Source: a virus
Direction: 5' to 3' (one strand)
Length of the DNA: 64,000 bases
Virus record (IMG/VR): IMGVR_UViG_3300027963_000066
Coordinates: 11,996 to 75,995 of that record
A model generated the notes under the pieces. The model had not been told where the DNA came from, made no database searches, and saw only the letters and a list, made by a program, of their open reading frames with translations. The position numbers and the translations under genes are program-made. Shown here one piece after another: positions 54,320-64,000 of the stretch (positions are counted from its first letter, which is position 1; each line of letters opens with the position of its first letter).

Positions 54320-55192
54320 TTATTTAGTCTCTGTGTCAACCTTGTTGTTGTAAATGTGCCACATATCTAGGAACTCCACAACATTTTTTTCAAATCCTCT
54401 TGCGATCAACCAGTCAACTAATTTCTTCTCACTAAGTTGCGGGCTTATGCTACGCTGGTGAATGCCCAGCATTCTGGTCTGATCATGGAGGGCTATCCTT
54501 GCAAGATCCATCCTATCCACTACCTGTTCGGGCGTAAAGAAGTTTTCACACATCCTACGATCGTCTTTACAGGTATCTTTGTTGAAGTATTGGTACAGGA
54601 TAAACTCACTGGGCAACACTCCCTCATAGGTAAACAATGGGATAAGATCGTAATCACTCATGCTCCTGGCATGGGCAGTGTTTATCTTAAAAGGAGGATG
54701 CGGCCTTAGAAAAAATTCAGGTCTGGGCAGTTGGGTGTTGAATTCTATCAGTCGGCAAAAGTCTTCAATCATCTCATTGAAAGGTATGTCCAGTACCTGC
54801 TTCCATGGAATTTCTGGAAGGGCAGGGAATCCGTTGCCTTCTTGTACAGCCCATTGATCCAAATCCGTAGGTTTGATAAAAAAGTTTTTGCTGTCTAGTA
54901 TTAGATACGAATCAGTATCGACTGACCAGGATACATATATTTTGGCCAACTGTTGTTGGTACCATCCGCCCATGTCATCGTTTAATCGACAGATTTCTTC
55001 TATCGAATAGAGTTTAAGTCTATGCTTTTTATAATGCGGTTTGAGATACGACCACCATTCATGCCGTGTCATTACTCTATCTTGGATAATCACAATATGC
55101 GTACATGGCTTGTCTAAAAATAATTCAAGGCTATCTGCCTGAAGTCGCATCATTTCTTTTTCTGCATGGTATGTCACTGTGACCAGAGTCAT
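54320..55192 (-). CDS. GT-A-like (DUF6492-type) protein
   Basis: GWYQQQLAK...YLILDSKNFFIKP. Confidence 0.65.
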   Translation of the reverse strand: MTLVTVTYHAEKEMMRLQADSLELFLDKPCTHIVIIQDRVMTRHEWWSYLKPHYKKHRLKLYSIEEICRLNDDMGGWYQQQLAKIYVSWSVDTDSYLILDSKNFFIKPTDLDQWAVQEGNGFPALPEIPWKQVLDIPFNEMIEDFCRLIEFNTQLPRPEFFLRPHPPFKINTAHARSMSDYDLIPLFTYEGVLPSEFILYQYFNKDTCKDDRRMCENFFTPEQVVDRMDLARIALHDQTRMLGIHQRSISPQLSEKKLVDWLIARGFEKNVVEFLDMWHIYNNKVDTETK

Positions 55193-55872
55193 TTTTCAAA
55201 TACCAATCTTATATTTCCGTTGGCTCTGCATTCATTATCGTGATAGTTTTGATCCACTATAATATAGTTAAGATCGAAATCTCGTATAACTTTATCACAA
55301 TGCATTGCGGCCTGCTCAAATGTAGTGGAATTGTTTTTGATTAACCTCGGTAAATTAAATGTAATAAACCCTCTCCCGCCGGGTTTAATTATTTTGGCAA
55401 AATCTTTTATATAGGTTTCAAATTGGGCTAGATGGTTAAAATGCAGAGAATTAATGGCCACGGCCGCATCAAATTTATTTTTGTGTTCTGTTGCCCAGTC
55501 TGTGGTAAATTCAGCCTGTTCGTCAGCTTGAGGGAATATTGGATCAATTCCATAGAGTCCGTCTATAACATGCTTGAATAAATTTTCTCCACATCCTATA
55601 TCTATTACCCTAACAGGATTTTTTTCCAATAGACGTTCGATGTAATAAAACACACTCATCGATACCGCATTCAATCGTAGCCTTGCAGTCATGTAGTGCC
55701 GTGGGTGAACATCAAATCCGTAGTCTAGGCAGAAATTTTCTTCATGTAACTTCAATGCCAACTCTGATGATCTTTTGGCGAATTCTAAAGCCCGCGGATA
55801 GAGAGGAGAGTTTGGGAATTGGGTTTCGAACTCTACTGCATTATACGGATTTAATAAAAATAAATCTTTCAT
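55189..55872 (-). CDS. Class I methyltransferase
   Basis: VIDIGCG, FDAAVAINSLHF, IKPGG. Confidence 0.82.
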   Translation of the reverse strand: MKDLFLLNPYNAVEFETQFPNSPLYPRALEFAKRSSELALKLHEENFCLDYGFDVHPRHYMTARLRLNAVSMSVFYYIERLLEKNPVRVIDIGCGENLFKHVIDGLYGIDPIFPQADEQAEFTTDWATEHKNKFDAAVAINSLHFNHLAQFETYIKDFAKIIKPGGRGFITFNLPRLIKNNSTTFEQAAMHCDKVIRDFDLNYIIVDQNYHDNECRANGNIRLVFEK

Positions 55873-55937
55873 ACAGCTACTTATCCAGTCAGAATCGTTG
55901 ACTTTAAGTTCTCAAGGTGTTTAAATAGTGCATTACT

Positions 55938-57383
55938 ATGAAAAGAAACCTACTGATTATCCTCCGAACCTGCACTCGAGTAAACATGATAAATGATACC
56001 GGAGCAGGTCGTTATATTAAAGTCCCCAAATCTCAATTGGTGAATGTATGTGTTAGTAGTCTTGTCGACAGTATCAATCATGTACAAGGTCATGACGTTG
56101 AACTAATAGTGTTAGATGACCACAGTGACGATGCCTGCGTAGCGGATATAAAAACAATATTATCGCACTGTCAATTCAAAACCTCGTTTATACCAGTAGA
56201 AGGTGGTACGGGTAATGCCTATACAATGAAGAAAGTCTTCGAACAAGTCGAAGCTAAGGCCTCAGACTTGTGGTATCATGTCGAAGACGATTACCTGCAT
56301 TATCCAGAAGCCATCCACGATATGATTGATACTGTTGATGATTTTGAAGGAAGGACTGGTAAGTATGTTGCTGTCAATCCACATGATGATGTATGGCGTT
56401 ACAAGTACGAAATTTATCCAAGTTTCTTATTACATGGTCCTTATAGACATTACAGGACAGTTAGGCATACTACCTACACCTGTTTAGCCAGCAAGGCTAT
56501 ATATGACAAATACCGAAATCACTTTCAAGATGTTGTTACTCTAACTGATCAAAAGGCAGACTATGTGGAAAATAAAAGTATCAACTTAGTCTGGAACAAA
56601 GAAGATGTTGCCTTGTTCAGTCCCATACCCGGCCTGGCATTTCACGTTATGGACGAGTCAGGAAAAGATCCCTATATTGACATTGATGAGTTATGGGACA
56701 GCGTACCTCAGTTATGGAAAGATAGTAACAAACCTAAAATGGCCATTGTTAGTATCTTTAACGAGAAGCATGCCGACCTTGCTGAACTAACATGGTATAA
56801 CAACAAAGTCAAGTACGCTGAAAAACATGGGTACCTGGCTGAGGCTAAAACAGATAACTTTAGTCCAGAACAAGTTCACTTTGACAAGTTTGTACACATA
56901 CTGGATATAATGAAAAATAATCCCGATGTTGACTGGGTATGGTGGTTAGACAATGACGCCATGATCACTAACTTTGATATCAAGGTAGAAGATCTAGTAG
57001 ACAACGATTATCATGTTGTTATGCCCACTGACATTGCGGCCTTGAACACAGGCAGTTTTATTGTGCGTAACAGTGCTCAAGGACGTGAATGGTTAGAGTT
57101 TTTACTGAGCAAAAAGAAAGAATACAAGGATGACAAGAAATGGTTTGAACAGCAGGCCGTTATTGACTTTTATCCCAAGTTCCAAGATCTATTTAAAATT
57201 ATTCCACAACAATGGTTGAACTCCTACGACTATAAAATGTATAATGTAGAAGGAATAGATCTGTTGGGGCAAGATGGTCAGTGGTATCCCGGAGACTTTG
57301 TTATACACTGGCCCGGACTACCTAACCCCGCAAGGGTACAATTGGCACAACAATGCCAACAATTTATACAGGACACAAGATGA
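55938..57383 (+). CDS. Bifunctional glycosyltransferase (GT2-like plus GT34-like)
   Basis: VLDDHS, VEDDYLH; YAEKHGY, WVWWLDNDA, LNTGSF, FEQ, GDFVIHWPG. Confidence 0.85.
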   Translation: MKRNLLIILRTCTRVNMINDTGAGRYIKVPKSQLVNVCVSSLVDSINHVQGHDVELIVLDDHSDDACVADIKTILSHCQFKTSFIPVEGGTGNAYTMKKVFEQVEAKASDLWYHVEDDYLHYPEAIHDMIDTVDDFEGRTGKYVAVNPHDDVWRYKYEIYPSFLLHGPYRHYRTVRHTTYTCLASKAIYDKYRNHFQDVVTLTDQKADYVENKSINLVWNKEDVALFSPIPGLAFHVMDESGKDPYIDIDELWDSVPQLWKDSNKPKMAIVSIFNEKHADLAELTWYNNKVKYAEKHGYLAEAKTDNFSPEQVHFDKFVHILDIMKNNPDVDWVWWLDNDAMITNFDIKVEDLVDNDYHVVMPTDIAALNTGSFIVRNSAQGREWLEFLLSKKKEYKDDKKWFEQQAVIDFYPKFQDLFKIIPQQWLNSYDYKMYNVEGIDLLGQDGQWYPGDFVIHWPGLPNPARVQLAQQCQQFIQDTR

Positions 57384-58219
57384 AAGTTTATGATTGTTTC
57401 CCGTTCTTCAATGAACTGGATGTTTTAGAAATTAGATTACAAGAACTATGGGATGTTGTTGACGTATTTGTCCTAGCAGAATCCAATATGAGTCACAGTG
57501 GCAAGCCCAAGGAATATATCTTTGAAAACAACAAAGAACGCTTTGCCAAGTACGCTAGTAAGATTCGCAGAGTACAAGTGGATGACATGCCAGACACTCC
57601 GGATAGTTGGGTACGTGAAAAATATCAGCGTTGGTCATGTACTAAAGGATTGACTGATGTTGCGGCCGATGACATCATTATTACCAGCGACCTTGATGAA
57701 ATTCCACGTGCCGATGCTATTGCTATGATCAAAGAAGATGAGAACAATTGGGATCGTTATATTTTAACCATTCCTATGTTCCAATACAAGATCAATTACA
57801 TGAAGATCCATGAGCTGATCAAACAACCTAATATCATGGTAACTCGTGCCAGATGTTACACCCATGCACAGCAAGAGCGTGAATATACTTTCCCCTGGGT
57901 ACAAAAACCAAATGATCTAGTATTCATCGATCATGCAGGGTGGCATTTTACCTACTTTGGTGATAATGATCATGCTATCACCAAAATTCAAAATTTTGCT
58001 CACACTGAAACTGACACTCCGGAAATGATTGCCAAACACGATGTCGAGTGGTTTGTAAAAAACAAGTGCGGGCACCATGGACCCAGTAATCCTGAACGCT
58101 TTGAATATGTGATAGTAGATGATTACTTCCCAGAATGCATTACACAAAATCTAGACAAGTGGCAACATATGATTGTTCCGGACGCGGCATTTCACGTAAC
58201 TGACCTGTACCGAGACTAA
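57380..58219 (+). CDS. GT17-family glycosyltransferase
   Basis: YDCFPFFNELDVLEIRL, SDLDEIP, GWHFTY. Confidence 0.9.
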   Translation: MKVYDCFPFFNELDVLEIRLQELWDVVDVFVLAESNMSHSGKPKEYIFENNKERFAKYASKIRRVQVDDMPDTPDSWVREKYQRWSCTKGLTDVAADDIIITSDLDEIPRADAIAMIKEDENNWDRYILTIPMFQYKINYMKIHELIKQPNIMVTRARCYTHAQQEREYTFPWVQKPNDLVFIDHAGWHFTYFGDNDHAITKIQNFAHTETDTPEMIAKHDVEWFVKNKCGHHGPSNPERFEYVIVDDYFPECITQNLDKWQHMIVPDAAFHVTDLYRD

Positions 58220-58935
58220 TGTTAACAAATAATTTAATTAAACAATGCACCTGTGGAAACGACAGTGATTTCTCGGTGTCGACTGTTAATCAACTAGAGG
58301 TTGTTACTTGTGAAAAATGCAATGTTATTCACCAACATCTAAAAGATTGGACACCTGAAAAGTATCTCAATTTTTATAAAAATGATTACCATTTGGTCTA
58401 TCAAAAAAATAGAGGTACAATGACATATCAGGAACGATACGATCATGATTGCAGAGTATCTGATTTGAGATTAGATGCTTACAAGTTGCCCTCGTTCTCT
58501 ATAGGATTGGATATTGGAAGTAGTAATAGTGCATTTGTCCATCAGGCTAGACGTAGAGGCCTTAGCTGTATAGGACTTGAACCAGGGTTAGACATAGGCG
58601 ATGACGATGTTACTATCCGAGGAACACTGGATAATACATATTTTAATCCTGAACATTTTGATTTTATAACCATGCATGACAGCGTTGAACACATGGTTGA
58701 CGTTAACGATGCTCTACAAAAAGTTCACACCATATTAAAAGTAGGCGGGCAGGCTATTATAGATCTTCCGGATTACTTTGCTCCGCAGGGGCAACATCAT
58801 TGGAAGCACATCGAACATCTTTGGTTTTTCACAGAAGCACAGTTTATTGATGTACTGAATAAAAATAGTTTTGAAATATCAAAGGTCACTAGGCCTATAC
58901 CCGGTAAGTTAGTTTTTTATGCAAGGAAAGTATGA
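58219..58935 (+). CDS. Methyltransferase with N-terminal Zn ribbon
   Basis: CTCG, CEKC, LDIGS, FDFITMHDSVEH. Confidence 0.85.
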   Translation: MLTNNLIKQCTCGNDSDFSVSTVNQLEVVTCEKCNVIHQHLKDWTPEKYLNFYKNDYHLVYQKNRGTMTYQERYDHDCRVSDLRLDAYKLPSFSIGLDIGSSNSAFVHQARRRGLSCIGLEPGLDIGDDDVTIRGTLDNTYFNPEHFDFITMHDSVEHMVDVNDALQKVHTILKVGGQAIIDLPDYFAPQGQHHWKHIEHLWFFTEAQFIDVLNKNSFEISKVTRPIPGKLVFYARKV

Positions 58936-59714
58936 AAACGTTTAGCCATTCAGGAACCACCGGAGACACCTTTAGCAGTTGTGTTGCTGTCAAGATACTA
59001 GGCGGTGGTGAATTTTATTTAAGATTGCATAACCTAGAAAATATGTTACATGAAAAACTAGGGTGGGGACTAACTCCAGGCAGTAGGCACAGTGGTCGCA
59101 TGACTGAACATGATTATGAGATTATGCGTGAGTTCATGTTGCATCAAAAGTACATCACAGATTTCAAACCGTGGAAGGGCGAGCATATCGACCATGAGTT
59201 AGAAAATGCGGCTCTAAATTTAGAAACAAATCGATTTCCACGCAATTTTCCAAATCAACATGCTCTAGCTCAAGGTATTGACATGGACTTGCACTACAGA
59301 GAATTACAGGTAGAGCCTTATATGGAATGTCGCGAAGTGCGTAAGTTTCCAGGACGACCTATTGTAATTGCCAGAGGCCCACATTATCAAGATGGTAATC
59401 AATTGGACAGTCCCGTTTGGCGGGATATGATTGATAGAGGGTTATGTGACCAAGCAGTATATGTTGGTTTAGAAAGCGAACATGCTTGGTTTGAAGATTG
59501 CTTTAAGGTCCGGGTACCGCATTACCGTACACCGGACTTTATGGAACTTGCTCGTGTTATACAAGGCAGTGAATTATTTGTCTGTAGTATGAGCGCACCT
59601 TGTGCTGTAGCATTAGCACTGGGAAAAACGATGTGGGTAGAGACACGTAAGAACGAACCGTTTGAACGTTTAGAAATTAATTACCCCGGAAGAATGAACA
59701 TTAGGTACTTTTAA
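58932..59714 (+). CDS. GT9-like glycosyltransferase (putative)
   Basis: HSGTTGD...LARVIQGSELFV...SAP..VALALGK. Confidence 0.6.
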   Translation: MKTFSHSGTTGDTFSSCVAVKILGGGEFYLRLHNLENMLHEKLGWGLTPGSRHSGRMTEHDYEIMREFMLHQKYITDFKPWKGEHIDHELENAALNLETNRFPRNFPNQHALAQGIDMDLHYRELQVEPYMECREVRKFPGRPIVIARGPHYQDGNQLDSPVWRDMIDRGLCDQAVYVGLESEHAWFEDCFKVRVPHYRTPDFMELARVIQGSELFVCSMSAPCAVALALGKTMWVETRKNEPFERLEINYPGRMNIRYF

Positions 59715-59716
59715 AT

Positions 59717-60286
59717 ATGGAACACTTTTACGAAAATATTGATGGATGGTTTAGTTACGATTATCTTTATAAAGATGCAGTAGCACGAGCAGAGGATGGT
59801 GCAGTCTTTGTTGAGATCGGAAGTTTCAAAGGACGAAGCACTGCCTACATGGCGGTAGAAATTGCCAACAGCGGTAAAAAAATCAACTTTAATTGTGTTG
59901 ATCCGCAAGAACTATTATCGCACTATGCAGAGTCTGCCAAAGAACAGCCCGCAGTGTTTGAAGGTTATAGTGAAACAGACTTTCACAAGAGACTGGAACC
60001 CGTTAAAGGTTATTACAATCTTATCAAAGAGAAAAGTAGTACCGCTGTACATCAATTCCAAGATAGGACTATTGATTTTTTAATGGTCGACGGCGATCAT
60101 ACATATGAAGCTGTTAAAGAAGACATCCTAAACTTTTTACCTAAAATGAAAGTTGGTGGAGTCATTACAGGTGATGATGCTTTTGCCGAAGATGTTCGAA
60201 GAGCGGCATTCGATGCTGTTGAAGGCACGGGATTGGAAGTACATATAATTGATGGCATACATTTTTGGATTGAAATTACAGAATGA
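59717..60286 (+). CDS. Methyltransferase (Methyltransf_24-like)
   Basis: VEIGSFKGRS, VDGDHTYE, KVGG...GDD. Confidence 0.88.
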   Translation: MEHFYENIDGWFSYDYLYKDAVARAEDGAVFVEIGSFKGRSTAYMAVEIANSGKKINFNCVDPQELLSHYAESAKEQPAVFEGYSETDFHKRLEPVKGYYNLIKEKSSTAVHQFQDRTIDFLMVDGDHTYEAVKEDILNFLPKMKVGGVITGDDAFAEDVRRAAFDAVEGTGLEVHIIDGIHFWIEITE

Positions 60287-61041
60287 GAGTTGCCCTGATC
60301 GCCGGCGGACAGCCTAGATTTACCCACGAATTTTTAGTCTTGCTCTCACAACTGCAGGGGTTTGACCAAGCAGATTTGTATTTTAGCTTTTGGAATATTG
60401 GGTGGACCAATGATGTCTATGAAGGTGCTAGAAGGATACAAACAATTCTGCCTGAAAAATATAGGCTAGCTAAGTTACAAATTATTGATCAACCACAGTA
60501 TGATCTTCCTCCGCACAGGTTAAATCACCCTCCGGAGTATTATCCTAATGTTCACTGGGCATATAAGAGACGATTAGGCATGTGGCAGTCGACTCAAATG
60601 GCATTCAATTTAATTGATCAACAATACGATGCAATTATAAAGGTACGACCCGACGGAATGCTTGAAAAAAATTTACATGTTGATCAGTTAGATCTAGTAA
60701 ATAATGAACTAGTGTTTCCTTTGGGACCTGTGCATGGTATACCGGGACATGAAGTATGTGATCAATTTGTTGTAGGCACACACGATGGAATAAAATTTTA
60801 TTCTGAGATGGCAGACAACTTTGGCAAATATGTTCCAGAAGTATGTCCTCAATGGGAAGAAGATATTCACTCATGGGCATCGGAACATATACTAGGATAT
60901 CATTTGGCAGTTAACGGAAAAAAACAAACTCGCGGAGATTTTTATCATATATTGGCCGGGACTTCACCGGCTGTTACCAAAGGTAGATCTCAGTATACCG
61001 ATAACCACTATCATCATCCTGTAGTGGCAGGAATAATTTAA
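60283..61041 (+). CDS. Putative glycosyltransferase-like protein
   Basis: VALIAGGQPR, YDAIIKVRPD, CDQF. Confidence 0.6.
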   Translation: MRVALIAGGQPRFTHEFLVLLSQLQGFDQADLYFSFWNIGWTNDVYEGARRIQTILPEKYRLAKLQIIDQPQYDLPPHRLNHPPEYYPNVHWAYKRRLGMWQSTQMAFNLIDQQYDAIIKVRPDGMLEKNLHVDQLDLVNNELVFPLGPVHGIPGHEVCDQFVVGTHDGIKFYSEMADNFGKYVPEVCPQWEEDIHSWASEHILGYHLAVNGKKQTRGDFYHILAGTSPAVTKGRSQYTDNHYHHPVVAGII

Positions 61042-61063
61042 GTTAAAAATAAAGGAAATATGT

Positions 61064-61681
61064 ATGAGATGGGTTCAAGACTTAACACACGACATTAGAA
61101 CACACAGCGGGTTTGACGACTCTGATTTTGAACACGGAAGGATACAAACACCAGCGGGATGGACATATCCTTCTATTGAAGTTTCTTCCGATAACTGTGC
61201 CGCATTAAAAGAGCGGTTATTACGTGTTAGAGATAAGTGTCAGGCAATATTAGAAATTGGTGTTAACCGAGAATCTAACAAAGAAACAACTACCAGTGTT
61301 ATCTTGGATAATAAACACCCTGATACAATTTATATAGGTATAGACGTATTGGACAAGTCTTACCTTAATGATCCTTCTAAAAATATTTACACAATACAAG
61401 CGTCAAGTATGGAAGTAGAAAGTAACCTTGCTAAAATTAAAGAATTCGGTGTTACAAATTTTGGGTTTATTTTTATCGATGGCTGGCACAGTATTAATGC
61501 TGTATTGACAGAATGGGATTATACTCAATTGTTGACTCAAGATGGAATCGTTGGGTGGCACGATACAACTCAGCACCCTGGCCCGCACTATTTTGTCAAA
61601 GCATTAAACAGAGACAAGTGGCATGTGGAAGAAAATGTATGCCCAAATGACTGGGGAATAGGGTTTGCTTGGCGAAAATAA
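61064..61681 (+). CDS. Methyltransferase (Methyltransf_24-like)
   Basis: ILEIGV, IFIDGWHS, GIVGWHD. Confidence 0.82.
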   Translation: MRWVQDLTHDIRTHSGFDDSDFEHGRIQTPAGWTYPSIEVSSDNCAALKERLLRVRDKCQAILEIGVNRESNKETTTSVILDNKHPDTIYIGIDVLDKSYLNDPSKNIYTIQASSMEVESNLAKIKEFGVTNFGFIFIDGWHSINAVLTEWDYTQLLTQDGIVGWHDTTQHPGPHYFVKALNRDKWHVEENVCPNDWGIGFAWRK

Positions 61682-61699
61682 TATTTGTGCAATGTGAAA

Positions 61700-62479
61700 A
61701 TGATTAAAATTTTTATATTGACTTATGCCAGCCCCAGCGACCTGGATCAAAACTTAACCAGTTTGTTTAACAGTTATGTTGATCCCAGAGAGATTGATGT
61801 ACATATAATTAATAATCATTCAACTAAATTCGAGTTGAATGACCGATTTAAAGACAAAGTTACGGTACACCATCAATCTTTACGGGCAGATTGGGGATGC
61901 GGCAGTCCAGGCCGAGATTGGAATCAGGCCTTGGTATTGGGGTTTAAAGATCTTAAAGATCCTGCCTGCGAACAAATTATTCTTTGTCAGGACGACTGTG
62001 TGTGGCATCAGGACTGGAGACCAAAGCTTCGAGAGGTACACAAAAAATATACCCTTTATCAGTGTAGCTGGGGTGATTGTTTCTTAAGCATACTGCCCGA
62101 TGCCATTAAGACTATAGGGCTGTTTGATGAAAGTATGTGTTCTCTAGGATATTACGAAGCTGATTTCTTATTAAGAGCATGGTTGTTTAATAGGGATAAA
62201 ACTACCATTAATGATTTTTATCATTATCGAATGTTAAACATTACCACTACAGTGGCCACTAGGATTGATCGTAAACCGGGCGATGCTAGAGGTTATAGAT
62301 ATCAAGATCACAGCGCCAAAGTATTCTCTACCAAATGGCCCGGCGTCGAAGCCAATGGATGGTATCATAGTTTGTTCAGGAATCCGCCAACTGGACCTGC
62401 TACGCCTGTGTTTATGAATTATCCATATTTTGAATATGATGTAGAAGATTTAGAAAAGAAAGGATTTGTAGTAAGATGA
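61700..62479 (+). CDS. GT2-like glycosyltransferase
   Basis: IINNHS, ILCQDD, IGLFDE, YEADF. Confidence 0.72.
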   Translation: MIKIFILTYASPSDLDQNLTSLFNSYVDPREIDVHIINNHSTKFELNDRFKDKVTVHHQSLRADWGCGSPGRDWNQALVLGFKDLKDPACEQIILCQDDCVWHQDWRPKLREVHKKYTLYQCSWGDCFLSILPDAIKTIGLFDESMCSLGYYEADFLLRAWLFNRDKTTINDFYHYRMLNITTTVATRIDRKPGDARGYRYQDHSAKVFSTKWPGVEANGWYHSLFRNPPTGPATPVFMNYPYFEYDVEDLEKKGFVVR

Positions 62480-62940
62480 AATTAATTGCACACCGAGGGC
62501 TAATAAATGGCCCAGACCAAAAATTAGAAAACTTACCCAGTCAAATTATATTGGCATTACATAACGGGTATGATTGCGAAATTGACCTAAGGGTCATTGA
62601 CGGCAAGTTTTATCTAGGACATGATAATCCTGACTACCAAGTAGAAGAAGAATTCATACAAAGACCGGGGCTATGGATTCACGCTAAAAATCTAACCGCA
62701 CTACACTATCTATCTACTACAGACCTTGCTTATTTTTGGCATCAGAATGACGATTGTGTTATTACCAGCAACGGTTACATTTGGACATACCCAGAAAAAG
62801 AATTAACTGATCGTAGCATCAGACTAATGCCAGAATGGAAAGATCCAGAACTTAAAACAGTTTTAGGGCACCAGTGTTATGCTATCTGTAGTGATTACAT
62901 AGAAGCTATCAAAGAGATTATTGCCAGCGCCCAAAGTTAG
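62476..62940 (+). CDS. GDPD/PLC-like phosphodiesterase
   Basis: IAHRG, EN, CEID, LGHD, ICSDY. Confidence 0.8.
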   Translation: MKLIAHRGLINGPDQKLENLPSQIILALHNGYDCEIDLRVIDGKFYLGHDNPDYQVEEEFIQRPGLWIHAKNLTALHYLSTTDLAYFWHQNDDCVITSNGYIWTYPEKELTDRSIRLMPEWKDPELKTVLGHQCYAICSDYIEAIKEIIASAQS

Positions 62941-63745
62941 AATGGTACTCACATTGTACCCAGTCGGGCGATTCAGTTGATTTAAATGTTTGGCCAGTGG
63001 TTCGATTATGCCAAAGGCCAAACCATCGAAACTCTATACCAAAGTTATAAGATCCGTAATTTAAACCGTTATGCCTTAGATGATGAGCTAACATAGTTTC
63101 AGGATGAAACTTGCAACCGCGAGCATGATGATCTAATGCCTGATTGTAGATATCTGTGTATATGGTCATGTTCTTCGATGACCCCATACCAAACAAGTCG
63201 CATATAGCAACTCCATAACCGCATAGATGATCCCGTGGCATCAATACCAGATTAGGCTGTGTATCCAGCAATTGCTTAACCGATGGTAAATGTATTTGAT
63301 CGTTTAACGCAACATCTGGCCGTGTTCTGATCACAAGATCATACTCAAACCCCATAGCTTGTTCATGAGCCACTCTTAGCTCATTAGCTTTGAATTGGCT
63401 GTACCACATTTTCCAAACATTAGGCTGTTGGCTTTCACTTGCATAATTGATTAATATAGGGGGCCAGGATAAATGTTTTTGCTCTGCTAGTGTAAACCCT
63501 ACCACAGTATGGTTGGCGGGCAGATTACTTTGAAGCTTGTTTAACGCCCATACAGGATCGGGCTGTTGCCAGGCCGGCGCTATAACTCTATGCCCGCTAC
63601 CGTTGACTAAAAATGAGGTAGTATCGTTATCACCCCATAGATAACAGAACCAATCTACTTGATCATAACCGGATAATTTTTCCAAAAAATGATCAAATTC
63701 TAAACAAAACCTCGGGTCACCTTGCAGTAAAACAGCTATTTTCAT
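62918..63745 (-). CDS. Putative glycosyltransferase-like protein (paralogue of 60283-61041)
   Basis: IAVLLQGDPRF, YDLVIRTRPD, CDLF; start MKIAV. Confidence 0.62.
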   Translation of the reverse strand: MKIAVLLQGDPRFCLEFDHFLEKLSGYDQVDWFCYLWGDNDTTSFLVNGSGHRVIAPAWQQPDPVWALNKLQSNLPANHTVVGFTLAEQKHLSWPPILINYASESQQPNVWKMWYSQFKANELRVAHEQAMGFEYDLVIRTRPDVALNDQIHLPSVKQLLDTQPNLVLMPRDHLCGYGVAICDLFGMGSSKNMTIYTDIYNQALDHHARGCKFHPETMLAHHLRHNGLNYGSYNFGIEFRWFGLWHNRTTGQTFKSTESPDWVQCEYHSNFGRWQ

Positions 63746-63760
63746 TATTATTTTATAAGT

Positions 63761-63835
63761 TGGTCCAACTAGCAGGAATCGAACCTGCATTTACTCTTTA
63801 GGAGAGAGCCGTTCTATCCATTGAACTACAGTCGG
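63761..63835 (-). tRNA. tRNA-Arg(CCU)
   Basis: Loop CTCCTAA, CCA; TTGACA-18-TACAAT upstream. Confidence 0.9.
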
Positions 63836-63933
63836 ATTATACATTGTACACTTATTTAATCCGGCATGTCAAGTTAACTGCGTATATTTTTTCTATTAAC
63901 TATACAGTAAATAACAGTACACTGGAGCAAAAA

Positions 63934-64000
63934 ATGGGAGACTTTTTCAAATTAGTAGCAGAGTTAGGATTTCCTATAGCCGGAGCCTGTGCGGCTGGAT
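63934..64000 (+). CDS. Membrane protein N-terminus (runs off the window)
   Basis: GGAG RBS, MGDFFKLVAELGFPIAGACAAG. Confidence 0.6.
   Translation, partial: MGDFFKLVAELGFPIAGACAAG

Noticed and set aside
44555-63835. Suppressor tRNA or stop-codon recoding
   Set aside because: No CUA, UUA or UCA anticodon found, and recognisable genes are intact in the standard code

Overview
A 64-kb, AT-rich, gene-dense segment of a large (jumbo-type) tailed phage genome. The host is probably an aquatic betaproteobacterium; this is inferred from a Bug/TctC protein and sigma70 promoters. Left (1-6.7 kb): collagen-like fibre proteins and an Ig-repeat virion protein. 7-31.6 kb: mostly minus-strand accessory genes (SOD, UvsE, UDP-sugar enzymes, QueD, FolE, ClpP, BI-1/YccA, MazG-like, MBD4-like glycosylase, DfrB-like, carbamoyltransferase, glycosyltransferases). 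31.6-36.8 kb: a TROVE/vWA (DUF2828-like) gene flanked by conserved RNA elements, plus RNA end-healing-type enzymes. 44.5-54.2 kb: a minus-strand tRNA array. The window holds 37 tRNA genes covering all 20 amino acids, and the array is interleaved with structured non-coding RNAs and antisense inserted genes. 54.3-64 kb: glycosyltransferase/methyltransferase cluster. Two candidate undescribed systems stand out. (1) A ribosome-dependent attenuator in front of the tRNA array: a 46-codon leader containing all 20 amino acids overlaps an antiterminator that competes with an intrinsic terminator. (2) A family of 7-8 Y-RNA-like elements (closing helix AGG...CCUGU with a WCAGCAA motif) that flank a Ro60-like gene and carry tRNA-derived cargo, including a circularly permuted tRNA-Tyr and bare anticodon arms. 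All calls were made by eye, and no database search or folding program was run.
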